This document shows positions 28,999 through 39,425 of a stretch of DNA of 64,000 bases, piece after piece. Position numbers and translations under genes: made by a program. Within the stretch, counting starts at the first letter, position 1; each line of letters begins with the position of its first letter. Below the pieces are notes generated by a model. It saw only the letters and a program-made list of their open reading frames with translations. It searched no databases and was not told where the DNA came from. The stretch is from an uncultured delta proteobacterium (GTDB taxonomy: Bacteria; Myxococcota_A; Polyangia; Fen-1088), in the NCBI GenBank assembly GCA_963737265.1, contig CAVTRY010000006.1, positions 32,001 to 96,000 on the forward strand, in the 5' to 3' direction.

Positions 28999-31248
28999 AT
29001 GAAAGACGCAGCTCGCCCCATGCGGCAAAACGCCGGAGACATTTTGAGAGTCTCTGCCAGAATTCTTCTGTGTGCCGTCGGACTGGGCCTGGTCCTTACC
29101 TCGACGGTCTGGGGTGGTCAGCCGGCCTCCGAGCGCAGCACCGCCGATACCACCGAAGCCAATATCACGTTGGTGACGGCGGGATTCTTGGAACATTCGC
29201 AGCTTGCCCATCACCCGCTCGACACCGAGCTGGCGGGGAAGTTCCTGGATCGCTATCTCGACGACCTGGACGGCTCGCGGTCGCTGCTCTTGCAGTCTGA
29301 CGTCAAGGAATTCGCGGCGTATCGCGCGACCTTGGCCGAAGCCATCCACAAGAACGGCGACACCAGCGCGGCCCATGTCATCTTTGCCCGCTTTCTGGAG
29401 CGGCTCGGGCAACGAGCGGCCTACGTCACGAATCTGCTGCAGACCACGACGTTCGAGTTCACGGGACACGACGTCTACGCCCTCGATCGGGAAAAAGCAG
29501 AGCGACCGCGCGATTTGCAGGCCGCCCAGCAGATTTGGCGGCAGCAAATTCGCGCCGAGTATTTGCAGGAGAAACTGTCGGACAAGTCGCCCTCCGAGAT
29601 TGTGCGCACGCTCTTGCGCAGGAAAGCCCACCAGCTTGCAACCATGAAGGCCCTGCGTGGCAGCGAGGTGATCGAGATCTACTTGAATGCTCTGGCCCAC
29701 GTTTACGACCCGCACACGGACTATCTCGGGCATGAACAGATGGAAAGTCTGAACATCGCCATGAACCTCTCGCTCTTTGGCATCGGTGCGGCGCTAGAGA
29801 CCGACGATGGCTACTGCAAGATTCACCAGCTCTTGCCAGGTGGGCCCGCGTTGCGCAGCGGCCGGCTCAAACCCGGCGATCGCATTGTCGCCGTCGCGCA
29901 ATCCCACGAAGAGCCCGTGGACATCACGAGCATGCCGCTCTCGCGTACCGTGGAATTGATTCGGGGACCGAAGGGGAGCGCGGTGACGTTGACCATCCTT
30001 CCTGCGGGCGCCGCCGATGGTTCGCTTGCCAAGACCGTGTCGCTGGTACGTGACGAGATCAAGCTCGAAGACCAGCAGGCGAAGGCCCGCATCCTGGAAG
30101 TGCCGATGCAACCACATCGTACGCTTCGCCTTGGGGTCATCGACCTGCCCTCGTTTTACGCTGACATGGGCGGACGAAAGGGTGCCAAGCCTCGCAGCGC
30201 AACCGCGGATGTGGCGCGATTGCTGGCTAGATTGAAGAAGGAGCACGTGCGCGGCGTGGTGCTGGATCTGCGGGACGACGGCGGCGGGTCGCTGGAAGAA
30301 GCCATCAGCCTAACGGGGCTATTCATTCGGCAAGGCCCGGTGGTGCAGACGCGCGGCCTCGGGGGCGAGGTTGAAGTGGGCGCGGACCAGGATCCAAGCG
30401 TTCAATACGACGGGCCGCTGATTGTCCTGGCCAACCGATTCAGTGCTTCGGCGTCGGAAATCCTGGTGGGTGCCTTGCAGGACTATGGGCGCGCGGTGGT
30501 CGTGGGAGATTCCTCGACCTTCGGCAAGGGTACGGTGCAAAGCATTTTGCCGCTGGCGACGGTGATGGACAAAGCTGGCTTCGCGCACGCGTACGATCCC
30601 GGCGCGCTCAAGGTCACTATCAGCAAGTTCTATCGACCGGACGGCGCTTCGACCCAACTACGAGGCGTGGCATCCGACATCGTGCTGCCTTCTTCCAGTG
30701 ACTTTGCCGATGTGAACGAGTCGGCACTGAAAGACCCATTGCCGTGGGACGCTGTTCCCGCGGCGCCCCACGAACAACTGAATCGCGTGCAGCCCTATCT
30801 TGGTATCCTGCGGGAGAGATCCCTGCATCGGGTAGCCACGGAAAAGCCGTTCACCTATCTGGCCGAGGATGTGGCTCGGCTTAAGAAGAGTCTGGCCGAG
30901 AAATCGGTTTCGCTCGCCGAAGCCCTTCGCCGGCAGGAGATGGCGCAGCTCAAGGCCCGCCAAGCCGCGCGCAAACAAGAAGAGCTGGCCCATCCGATTT
31001 CCCAGCCCGTGACCTATGAGATCACGCTCAAGAACGTCTCCTCGCCCGGCTTGCCGCCGACCATGATACCCAAGCAAGGTGAAGACACGGCCGCGACAGC
31101 CGACCAATCGCCGGACAGCGACATCCTCTTGCATGAGACCATGAAGATCTTGGGGGACTATGTCGACCTTCTCGGCATCCAGCCCAAAGGCCCACGCCTC
31201 GCCGGCCCACGCGTCGGCCCGCCGCCTGCGGCTGCCTTCAGTCGCTGA
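28999..31248 (+). CDS. prc: Carboxy-terminal processing protease (Prc/Tsp, S41)
   Basis: YDPHTDY, PDZ (GIGA.L, IRGPKGS.V.L), LDLR.DGGGSL, SASASEI, TFGKGTVQ, KFYRP.G.STQ. Confidence 0.92.
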   Translation: MKDAARPMRQNAGDILRVSARILLCAVGLGLVLTSTVWGGQPASERSTADTTEANITLVTAGFLEHSQLAHHPLDTELAGKFLDRYLDDLDGSRSLLLQSDVKEFAAYRATLAEAIHKNGDTSAAHVIFARFLERLGQRAAYVTNLLQTTTFEFTGHDVYALDREKAERPRDLQAAQQIWRQQIRAEYLQEKLSDKSPSEIVRTLLRRKAHQLATMKALRGSEVIEIYLNALAHVYDPHTDYLGHEQMESLNIAMNLSLFGIGAALETDDGYCKIHQLLPGGPALRSGRLKPGDRIVAVAQSHEEPVDITSMPLSRTVELIRGPKGSAVTLTILPAGAADGSLAKTVSLVRDEIKLEDQQAKARILEVPMQPHRTLRLGVIDLPSFYADMGGRKGAKPRSATADVARLLARLKKEHVRGVVLDLRDDGGGSLEEAISLTGLFIRQGPVVQTRGLGGEVEVGADQDPSVQYDGPLIVLANRFSASASEILVGALQDYGRAVVVGDSSTFGKGTVQSILPLATVMDKAGFAHAYDPGALKVTISKFYRPDGASTQLRGVASDIVLPSSSDFADVNESALKDPLPWDAVPAAPHEQLNRVQPYLGILRERSLHRVATEKPFTYLAEDVARLKKSLAEKSVSLAEALRRQEMAQLKARQAARKQEELAHPISQPVTYEITLKNVSSPGLPPTMIPKQGEDTAATADQSPDSDILLHETMKILGDYVDLLGIQPKGPRLAGPRVGPPPAAAFSR

Positions 31249-31407
31249 AGACGTGTCCATCAATCGCTCCCGTCGCCCGTCCGGCTGCGCAGCCCGCCCG
31301 CTTCGTTGCTCCTCGCTTACAGAGCCCGCGCTATGCGCGCTCGTCGCGCCTCGCGGGCGGGCTTGCTCGCTCGGCCGGGGCTCGGTCTGCGATTGATAGA
31401 CACGTCT
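31249..31407. mobile_element. 159-bp MITE, copy 2 (inverted), inserted at the prc stop codon
   Basis: Reverse complement of 20491-20649 with one mismatch seen; TGA on both sides (31246-48, the prc stop, and 31408-10). Confidence 0.92.
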
Positions 31408-31801
31408 TGACTGCGCCCGCGCGTTTTGTTGCCGCGGGCTCGATCAAAAAGACGCCGGGCTGCGGAGCCTTCACCGTTCTCGGCGCAAGTCTACCATGCT
31501 TCCCTCCGCCTCCTCATTGCCGCTATATCCCCTGATATCCCCGATATCCCAGGCAAGTCACGCTTCCGTCGGTGAGCGGCCCACAGGTGTCGGTGCGCCG
31601 CCCACAGAGCGTGAAACCCGCCAGCGGAAATTTGCTTCGCGTCGCGCCGGCCGCATCGCGCCATGCGGTAATCCTGCCCAGTCGATGGCCTGAGCTATTA
31701 TAGTGAGCGGATGCGCGGGCCTCGTCGGCACCGTCGCCTTAGCCGTGGCCATCGAGCGCGGCCTCCTGTAGAAGGGACTGCGCAACAGAGGAAAGCACGA
31801 G

Positions 31802-33383
31802 ATGTTGTTTGACTGTCGAATCCTTCGCCTTGGCACCCCCTTCCTGATCGCAATCCTCTTGGCCCTCGGAACCCTCGGGGCTTGCCGGCCCGTGGCGAAT
31901 CCGGGTCCGGCGGCGTCGGGTGGCGCGGGCGGCTCCAACAATGGCGGGCAAAGCAGCGGCGCGGCCAGCGGCGGCGCGCCCAGCGGCGGCGCGGCGGGCA
32001 GCGGCGCATCGGCCAGCGGCGGAAACGCGGGTGGCGGCTTATCGGCCAGCGGCGGCGCGGGCGCGACTGCGGCTACGGGGGGCGCGGGCGCTGCTGGCAC
32101 GATGATTGGCGCCGGAGGAAAAGGTGGAGCGGGCGGAACCAGCTTGACCCCCGACGCGGCCGCCGACAGCGCTCCCGACGTGGCTCCGCCTTCACGTGGC
32201 CCAACCCCAGCCCAGACGGGCCATTCTCACCCCTTCCCGCAGAACCGTGAAAACCAGCCGCTGCATCTATCCCACGGCCTATCGCAACGAGGCCGTGCAG
32301 GCTGCCTACAACCAATGGAAGAACGACACGGTGACTTCGAGTGGCGCCGACGGCTTCCGCAGGGTGCAGCGACCTTCCGACCCCGGCCTCAATCCGAACT
32401 CGACGGTGTCCGAAGGCATCGGCTACGGGATGCTCATCGCCGTGTACATGGACGACCAGTCGCTCTTCGACGACCTTTGGCAGTACGAACAGAAGAACCT
32501 GGATGGCGCCACGGGCCTCATGAACTGGTACATCAAGGCGGATGGCTCGGGGCCCGACAATAACGGCAGCGGCCCGGCAACCGATGCCGACGAAGACATG
32601 GCGTTCGCGCTGGTCATGGCCGACAAGCAATGGGGCGGGCAAGGCAAGATCGGAAAGAACTACAAGGACGTCGCGCTCGACCAGATCGTCAAGGTGTGGA
32701 ACAACGAGGTCTTCAATTACAATTACTTGAAGCCGTGGCCCAACGCCGACTCGTCGACCATCAACCCTTCGTACTTCGCGCCGGCCTATTACAAGATATT
32801 TGCCAAGATCGACACCACCGAGCCCAGCCGCAACTGGACGGCCATGACCGACACCATGTACACGGTGCTTGGTGCCTCTCTCAATTCCAGCAATGGTAAT
32901 ACGAGCAACGGCCTCGTTCCCGCCTGGTGCGACAGCAACGGCAAGCCCAACGGCGGCGCGTTCGGGCCCACCGGCGGTCAGTCGCCGACCAACTACCAAT
33001 ACGACTCGTGCCGCACCCCTTTCCGCATCGGCCTCGACTATTGCTGGAACGGCGAGGCGCGCGCGCAGGCTTACGTTGCCAAGACGAGTAGTTTCTTCAG
33101 CGGCATTACGGTTGCGAAGATGGTCGACGGCTACGACCTCAACGGCAACCCGCATGCGCAGTTTCAAACCGGAGGGAACGCGCTCATGCAATCGTCGGCT
33201 TTCATCGGGCCCGCTGGCGTGGGCGCCATGAGCAGCGCCAGCTACCAGGGCTTCGTCAACGACGCGTACGCCGTGCTCGCCACCGGCAAGGCGCTCGTGG
33301 GCGGCACCTACTACGACGACTCGTGGATGGTCCTGTCGCTGTTGATGATGAGCGCCAACTTCCTCGACTACACCACGAACTGA
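31802..33383 (+). pseudogene. Glycoside hydrolase family 8 lipoprotein split by a +1 frameshift (pseudogene or sequencing error)
   Basis: Lipobox LGAC and Gly/Ser/Ala linker up to PFPQNRE in one frame; SRCIYP..TVSEGIGYGM..ATDADEDM..NPSYFAP..GLVP.WC..YDSCR in the next; switch at gaaaacc about 32249-32255. Confidence 0.8.
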
Positions 33384-33393
33384 GGGCCGGGCG

Positions 33394-34725
33394 TCACGGC
33401 GGTCGCCAAGTCGCGAACCAGAGCCGGTGGTGGGCAGCCGCCGTCGAGAGAGCGAGCTCGCCCCAAACCGGCGCGTAGTACAGCGAAACAACCAGCGCCA
33501 AGGCGATGTAGCCAGCAACCCACTTGGGATACTTGCGTTCCAAATTCGAAGCGAGGCCCGCCAGCATGACCAGCAGAAACGCGTAACAGGGAAGGTAGTA
33601 ATGGCTGAAGGTATAGTTGCCGCGCGTGCCGCGCGTCGCAAGCCAGGGCGCCATGAACGCAAACCACCCAACCAACATCAAGAGGACACCCTGGGTCGTG
33701 GGCGCATCGAGGAGTGTGGACCAATAGCGCTTGAATCTCGACCGGACGACAATCACCGCAGTCGCGATGGGGAAGGCAACGACGAGAAAAGTCGTCGTGA
33801 ACCACATCAACAAGTTTCCCATGCTGGACGAATAGCGGGATGTCAGTCCGCTGGTTGACTGCTTCACGACGACTGGGTGCATGAGAATCGGCCAGCCATA
33901 CCAGGGCGACGTCAGTTCGTTCTTGTAGTGGCCGATGTCCAAGTGATGCCTGTAGAGATTGATAATTACCTTCCATGTCGACACGGGATCGCTCGGCTTA
34001 CCAGTCAGGCGCAAAGCCCCCATCCAGATGAGCGTGTGCACGATGGGAATGACCGCCAGCCACAGCACCGAAAAGCTGGAAACCCGACGCATCATGAGGA
34101 TTGCGACGGCGGCGGGAATAGCGGTCATGGCGCCACTCCATTTCACCGAGGCGGAAAATCCAATCAATACGCCAGCGACAATCACCCCGCGCCAGGTGCG
34201 CGCGGTAAGCGCCGCCACCATTCCCCACAGCATGAACGAGATCATGATTCCGTCGAGCAGCCCCGAGCGCGAATAGGAGATGAAGAAGCCGTCCGCGGCC
34301 ACGAACGCAGCCGCCATCCAGCCTGCGCGCTTGTCCTTGAACAAGGCGCGACCCATCCAATAGGCCAAACACACCGATTGCAAACCAAATAGCAGGGGAA
34401 CGAACCGCCAGCCCAGCGAGTTATATCCGAAGAGCAACATGCCCACGGCGATCAGCAACTTGCCGAGCGGCGCGTGGTCGTTGCCGTCAGGAAGCCCCAC
34501 GGCGTAATTGTGGGCATTGCGAACAAAAGGCTCTTCGTCGAAGGTGAACCAATTGGGCCACGCCACGCCTTGAATTCGAATCACCGCCCCGCCCACAATC
34601 ATCACGGCAATAAAAGCAGTAGTCCACCGTTGCGGCGCGGGCATCGCCGCCCAATCCTGGCGCAACCGCGCGCCCCAAGTGCGCAGATTCTCGGCAACGC
34701 GGTTCTTGGCGGATGCAATGCTCAT
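33394..34725 (-). CDS. PMT-family (GT39-like) lipid-carrier-dependent glycosyltransferase, copy A
   Basis: FDE, HAPLGK, GWRF, SR..LLD, SVKWSG, SPWYGWP, HYYLP; multi-TM. Confidence 0.88.
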   Translation of the reverse strand: MSIASAKNRVAENLRTWGARLRQDWAAMPAPQRWTTAFIAVMIVGGAVIRIQGVAWPNWFTFDEEPFVRNAHNYAVGLPDGNDHAPLGKLLIAVGMLLFGYNSLGWRFVPLLFGLQSVCLAYWMGRALFKDKRAGWMAAAFVAADGFFISYSRSGLLDGIMISFMLWGMVAALTARTWRGVIVAGVLIGFSASVKWSGAMTAIPAAVAILMMRRVSSFSVLWLAVIPIVHTLIWMGALRLTGKPSDPVSTWKVIINLYRHHLDIGHYKNELTSPWYGWPILMHPVVVKQSTSGLTSRYSSSMGNLLMWFTTTFLVVAFPIATAVIVVRSRFKRYWSTLLDAPTTQGVLLMLVGWFAFMAPWLATRGTRGNYTFSHYYLPCYAFLLVMLAGLASNLERKYPKWVAGYIALALVVSLYYAPVWGELALSTAAAHHRLWFATWRPP

Positions 34726-35417
34726 TGCGGAATCACGCAATCGGAAAGAGTGCCGATGGTCGCGCTCTGGGCGACGGGATTGAAACTGCCCGTGGCCGCC
34801 CAGCGCAGCGCAACCGATTTGGCGACGCCCACCACGCGATAGTTGCAAACCACCGTGAACCGCTCGACGGGCAAGGTCCCCTGTAGGGCCGGCGAAACCC
34901 AAAGGCCAGCTCCGAGGAAGAGCTCATTCTTGATTGTATTGTAGGGTTGCAGCGTATGGGCGTCGATTTCAGCGCTTGCGCCAAACGGCTGGCCGTTCGC
35001 GCGGTAGCCACAATGGGTGTCGCCGAAAATCTTGTCGGATGCACAAGCCAAGTTCTTCTTGTCTTCGCCGACGAGTGTGATTTCCACCATCTTCGTTCCA
35101 CCCAAGTGCCATCCCTCGGTGATCTGGGAGTACTTCTCCTTGTAGCCGCTCCACGCGAACAGCAGCCACAGCGCCACGCCCATAGCAAGGAAGCCAAAAG
35201 CCGTGTGGAGGAGAATGCTGTGCGGCAAAGCGTCTTCAGCGGCGGACGCGAGGCACTTCGCCGGGATTGCTTCGCTCGCCGGAGCTTGGGCACGCGCGGG
35301 CGAATGGGATTCGCTGTCACGTTGGTCAACTTGGGCGGGCCCGGAAGGATCGACAAGCGGATCGGCTTGCGGCGTGGCTTGCGACGCGGGCGCAAGGTCG
35401 TCGGGCGAAGAACTCAT
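34722..35417 (-). CDS. Unknown single-TM protein with 4-Cys extracytoplasmic domain, copy A
   Basis: Paralog of 36801-37466; ends SDCVIPQ; stop overlaps the PMT start (ATGA). Confidence 0.8.
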   Translation of the reverse strand: MSSSPDDLAPASQATPQADPLVDPSGPAQVDQRDSESHSPARAQAPASEAIPAKCLASAAEDALPHSILLHTAFGFLAMGVALWLLFAWSGYKEKYSQITEGWHLGGTKMVEITLVGEDKKNLACASDKIFGDTHCGYRANGQPFGASAEIDAHTLQPYNTIKNELFLGAGLWVSPALQGTLPVERFTVVCNYRVVGVAKSVALRWAATGSFNPVAQSATIGTLSDCVIPQ

Positions 35418-35478
35418 GCTAACGGACTATTCTATCTAGAGTTTCCCGTCAAATCGTACCTATGTCCGGCTCCCCATC

Positions 35479-36804
35479 CTACGGCCGCCAAGGAAGAAAG
35501 ATCAGGCGACGATTGGCCTCTTCTGTGGTCAGAGGAAATTCGGCCCACACCGGCGCGAAATAGATTGCCATCAACAGGGCCAGACTGACGAACGCCAGCA
35601 CCGCGCGGGGCCAGCGCTGCTCTAGCTTGGCGGTAACCCCGGCCAACAGCACGATGGCGAAACCATAGGATGGCTGGTAGTGGTAGAAGAATGAGTGCTT
35701 TCCCATGGAGACGGCAAACAAGATGAGCAGGGCCGCCCAACCCGCGGCGAGTACCAGCACTGCCTCGGTGAACCGAGGGTCGAAATAGGATGCCCAATAG
35801 CGGCGCAGGCGCGGCCGCAAGGCCGCGAGGCCGCGGGTCAGGGGCAGCCCCATCACAAGCAGACTGGCGGGGAACCAGAACACTGGATTGCCAGCGCTGG
35901 AGGCATAGCGCAAGCTGGTTCCGTAGGATGACAGCTTGACCACGATGGGATGATAGAGAGCCGGCCAAGAATACCAGGGCGACGCCAAAGGATTGTCGTA
36001 CCGCCCGGTGGCGTGGAGGCTGATGAACGCTGTAACGATGACCTGCCATAACGCGGATGGATTACTGCTGTGGCCCATTACACGCAGTCCCACCATCCAA
36101 ATGAGAAAATGCGCAATGGGTGACAGCCCGAACAAGAAGATCGTTTGCCAGGGTACGCGGCGGAAGAGCAGCACGGCCAGGATGGCAGGCGCCAGGGTCT
36201 GCGCGGCACTCCATTTGATCGACGTGGCGGCCCCAATGATGACCGCGGCAACGGCCACGCCACGCCACGTGCGCGCGGTCACAACGGCCAGAACACTCCA
36301 TAAGATGAAGCAGGTGAGCATGCCATCGATCAGGGCCGTGCGCGAATAGGCGAGAAAGAAGCCATCCGCAGCGACAAAGCTCGCCGCAATCCAGCCCGCC
36401 CGCCGACTGGCGAAGATCTCGCGTGCAAGCCAGAAGGCGATGATCATCGTTTGCAAGCCGAAACACAAATACATGAACCGCCATCCCACCGGGTTGTAGC
36501 CAAACAGGAGCAACCCAATTGCGCCTAGCAGCTTGCCGAGCGGCGGATGGAAGTCGTGCATATCGGGAATGCCGAGCAAGAAGTGGTGCGACGTTGGCCC
36601 GTAGAACTGCTCGTCGAAGGTGTTGCGAGGCGGGAAGCCAATCCCTTGAATACGCAGGATCACGCCGCCCACGATCATCAAGGCAAGCAGCAGCGTGGTG
36701 ACACGTTGGGGGCGCCCAATGGATCCCCACCGCTCCAAGGCGTCTTGCCAGGCCGCGCGAACGGTGCGCACCAGGCCGCGAACCATCGTCGCTGGCATCA
36801 TCAT
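35479..36804 (-). CDS. PMT-family (GT39-like) lipid-carrier-dependent glycosyltransferase, copy B
   Basis: FDE, FHPPLGK, GWRF, SRTALID, SIKWS, SPWYSWP, GNP, FFYHYQP. Confidence 0.88.
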   Translation of the reverse strand: MMMPATMVRGLVRTVRAAWQDALERWGSIGRPQRVTTLLLALMIVGGVILRIQGIGFPPRNTFDEQFYGPTSHHFLLGIPDMHDFHPPLGKLLGAIGLLLFGYNPVGWRFMYLCFGLQTMIIAFWLAREIFASRRAGWIAASFVAADGFFLAYSRTALIDGMLTCFILWSVLAVVTARTWRGVAVAAVIIGAATSIKWSAAQTLAPAILAVLLFRRVPWQTIFLFGLSPIAHFLIWMVGLRVMGHSSNPSALWQVIVTAFISLHATGRYDNPLASPWYSWPALYHPIVVKLSSYGTSLRYASSAGNPVFWFPASLLVMGLPLTRGLAALRPRLRRYWASYFDPRFTEAVLVLAAGWAALLILFAVSMGKHSFFYHYQPSYGFAIVLLAGVTAKLEQRWPRAVLAFVSLALLMAIYFAPVWAEFPLTTEEANRRLIFLPWRP

Positions 36805-37466
36805 TGCGGAATCACACAGTCCGAGAGCAGTCCCACGGGCACAGCGCTTTTTGCCGGGCCGAATGCACCTCCTACCGCCCAGCGCAGCGACACCGACTTC
36901 ATCGTGCTGACCATGTGATAATTGCACGTCACTGTGAAGCGGTCTTTGGGGAGCGCGCTGGACAGGCCAGGTGAGCTCCAGAGGCCCGCGCCAAGAAAGA
37001 GCACCTGATCCGCGGTGTTGTAAGGACGCAGTCGCGCCGAGTCGGGGGTGCCGTTCGGCTCGAAGGGCTGCTGATTGGACCGATACGCGCAGTGCAGACC
37101 TCCCAGCACCAGGTCAGAGGCACAGTCAAGGCTCTGAATATCTTCGCGAACCAAGGTGATCTCGATGGATCGCGTGCCCCCGGCGTACCACCCATCGGCG
37201 AGAGGCGCGTAACGCTTGCCGTAGTTCGTCCATGCGAAAATTAGCCAGACACCAAAGCTGACAATGAACAGGCTGAGCAGTGTGTAACAAAGCACGTTGA
37301 ATTCGCCGGTTACCTTGGATGGCGGAAGAACGTCAGGTTGTGCGACCGGGCGTTCTTCAAGAAGCGATGCGGTCGTCGCCGCTGGCCCGGGCAACGAGCT
37401 CTCGACTTGCGGTTCGCCACTCGTTGCGACATCGAGCGAAGTCTCGGGAACGGGCGGTGAGGCCAT
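36801..37466 (-). CDS. Unknown single-TM protein with 4-Cys extracytoplasmic domain, copy B
   Basis: EITLV.ED, CASD, HC.YR.N.QPF, PYNT, LFLGAGLW.SP, RFTV.CNY, LRWA and SDCVIPQ shared with 34722-35417. Confidence 0.8.
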   Translation of the reverse strand: MASPPVPETSLDVATSGEPQVESSLPGPAATTASLLEERPVAQPDVLPPSKVTGEFNVLCYTLLSLFIVSFGVWLIFAWTNYGKRYAPLADGWYAGGTRSIEITLVREDIQSLDCASDLVLGGLHCAYRSNQQPFEPNGTPDSARLRPYNTADQVLFLGAGLWSSPGLSSALPKDRFTVTCNYHMVSTMKSVSLRWAVGGAFGPAKSAVPVGLLSDCVIPQ

Positions 37467-37532
37467 GAGAACATAATTAGTGGAACCCACTCCTGCCGTC
37501 AACCAACGAGCGTCCGCCGCGAGGCGCAGAAG

Positions 37533-37586
37533 GTCGTGGCCGTGGTCGGAGTAATCATCTTCGTCGGCCACGGCCACGGCCACGAC
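37533..37586. repeat. REP-like palindrome built from (GGCCAC)n units
   Basis: gtcgtggccgtggtcg pairs with cggccacggccacgac (15/16); three tandem ggccac units. Confidence 0.55.
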
Positions 37587-37749
37587 GACGTTTACGACTA
37601 CCATTCATCGCGCCAACTGGGTGGTGCGTCCATCCTGGAAAGGCGCCTTTTTCTGCCGCCTTTCGCGACGTCGCTGCGCTTGTCGCGGGTTTACGGGTCC
37701 GCGTCGCCGTGATCCTCGTCACAACGATTGCTCGTGCTACTCTCGGCGC

Positions 37750-38616
37750 ATGCGATTCAGCCCGACAGTCGATGCGCTCGCGGTGAGCCTCGTGGTAGGG
37801 CTCGTCGGCGCTGAGTGTGCAACCACGTGTTCGACGGCCCGGATGTCGGGACCGGCCGAATGGATTCGCGGAAACATGGTCGAGATACCTGGGGGCTCGT
37901 TCGCCATGGGGTGTGACGATGCCACCGCCAGTGACAACCAAAAGCCGGTTCGCGCGGTTACCGTGGCGAGTTTTCGTCTTGACAGGACTGAAGTCACGGT
38001 CGAAGCCTATGGCGATTGCGTTCGCGCAGGCCGGTGCAGCGAGCCCGAGACATACCGCAATGAGCGCGGCAATTATCGAAGCTTCTGCAATTGGCGCCAT
38101 CCGCAGGGGCGAGCAACACATCCCGCGAATTGCGTGGATTTTCAACAGGCGGCCGGGTTTTGCGCGTGGGCCGGCAAGCGCTTGCCCAGCGAGGAGGAAT
38201 GGGAGTACGCCGCGCGCGGCGGTGCAGAGGGCAGGAAGTATCCCTGGGGTAACGACGAGCCCAACGAAACACGACTCAATGCCTGCGGCGGCGAATGTCC
38301 ACGGAATCTCACCGCGAAGGGTTTTCCGTCCGCGTCCCCCTTGTATCCAGCGAGCGATGGCTGGCCGGAAACGGCGCCGGTGGGCAGTTTTCCCGCGGGT
38401 GCTTCCAAGGACGGCGTGCTCGACCTGGCTGGCAATGTCTGGGAATGGACCGGCTCGCTGTTCGCGACCTACGACGGCAGCCGCACGGAAAACAAGCGCG
38501 TCCTGCGCGGCGGAAGCTGGGGTGGCGGTGATGCGCGCACCGAACGCACAACCAATCGCTTCAGACTCGATGCAACGACCCGCGCGCAGTTTCTCGGCTT
38601 CCGCTGCGCCAACTAA
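37750..38616 (+). CDS. Formylglycine-generating enzyme (SUMF1/FGE-sulfatase) domain protein
   Basis: IPGGSFAMG, FRLDRTEVT, HPANCV, KRLPSEEEWEYAARG, YPWG, DLAGNVWEW, RGGSW, GFRC. Confidence 0.92.
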   Translation: MRFSPTVDALAVSLVVGLVGAECATTCSTARMSGPAEWIRGNMVEIPGGSFAMGCDDATASDNQKPVRAVTVASFRLDRTEVTVEAYGDCVRAGRCSEPETYRNERGNYRSFCNWRHPQGRATHPANCVDFQQAAGFCAWAGKRLPSEEEWEYAARGGAEGRKYPWGNDEPNETRLNACGGECPRNLTAKGFPSASPLYPASDGWPETAPVGSFPAGASKDGVLDLAGNVWEWTGSLFATYDGSRTENKRVLRGGSWGGGDARTERTTNRFRLDATTRAQFLGFRCAN

Positions 38617-39425
38617 GCCTAATCGACTTTCACTTGCGCGAGCCCGTGTGCCTCGGCAAACGGCGCCGCGACGAACACCGCCGCGAGCGCGTCGAGGTGG
38701 ACGCAGCGCCAGCGCGGGTCGTGCGCGAGAACATCGATGGCACGGCCGAGAATTCCCCGCTCGATAAGTAGCGCGGGGATGTCGTCGGACCGCGCATAGT
38801 CGATGCCCAGCGGAATTCCCCAATCGGCCTCGCCACGCCACAGCTTGCGGATCCCGGCGACATAGCGCTCGAAGGTCTCTTGCGAATTGACTTCGAGTCG
38901 TGGATCCATGAACAGCTTGTGCTCGGGCGCCGCATGCGCGATGCACACGCCAGCTTGCCCCAGATTGAAGGCCGCAATCCGCTCGGGCATGTCTGGCCTG
39001 GCCAGGAGATCACAGGCTTCGTGCGCGTACCATTGCCGGCGCTCGCCGAAACCCACCGTCCTGCCCTCGCCGGCCCACGAATACAGGGTGCCGGAAAGAG
39101 CGGCGAGGCCGACCAGGGCGATCGCGACGAGAAGTCCAAGGTGCGCCGCGGGTCGCAGCTTCGCCGTATCGCGCGGGCGGCGCGTTCGGTGTGTGCGCCT
39201 GAATTTGACCGGCGCGGCGGATACGGCGCGGGTGGCTTCGATGGCGTCATCGAAGGTCCGCGCGATCACAATGGCCGCGACCAGGGCGAAAAGAGCACTG
39301 TTTCGCGTGGCCTGCCACCCAAGATAGAACGATGCCGAAAAAAGCAGCAGGCGATATAGGCTGAAGCGACCACGCCGCACAAGCCAGGCGAAGCTGACCA
39401 TCCCGAGCGCCAGCACCACCAGAAA

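Noticed and set aside
28825-29733. Apparent 300-aa N-terminal extension of Lhr
   Set aside because: Mostly antisense to prc; Lhr similarity starts at MDERELDGFHP (28824)
31523-31552. Three short atatccc direct repeats upstream of the GH8 gene
   Set aside because: Too short to support a regulatory or CRISPR call without comparative data
31905-32140. Repetitive ggcggc-rich tract
   Set aside because: Encodes an ordinary Gly/Ser/Ala lipoprotein linker, not a DNA repeat array
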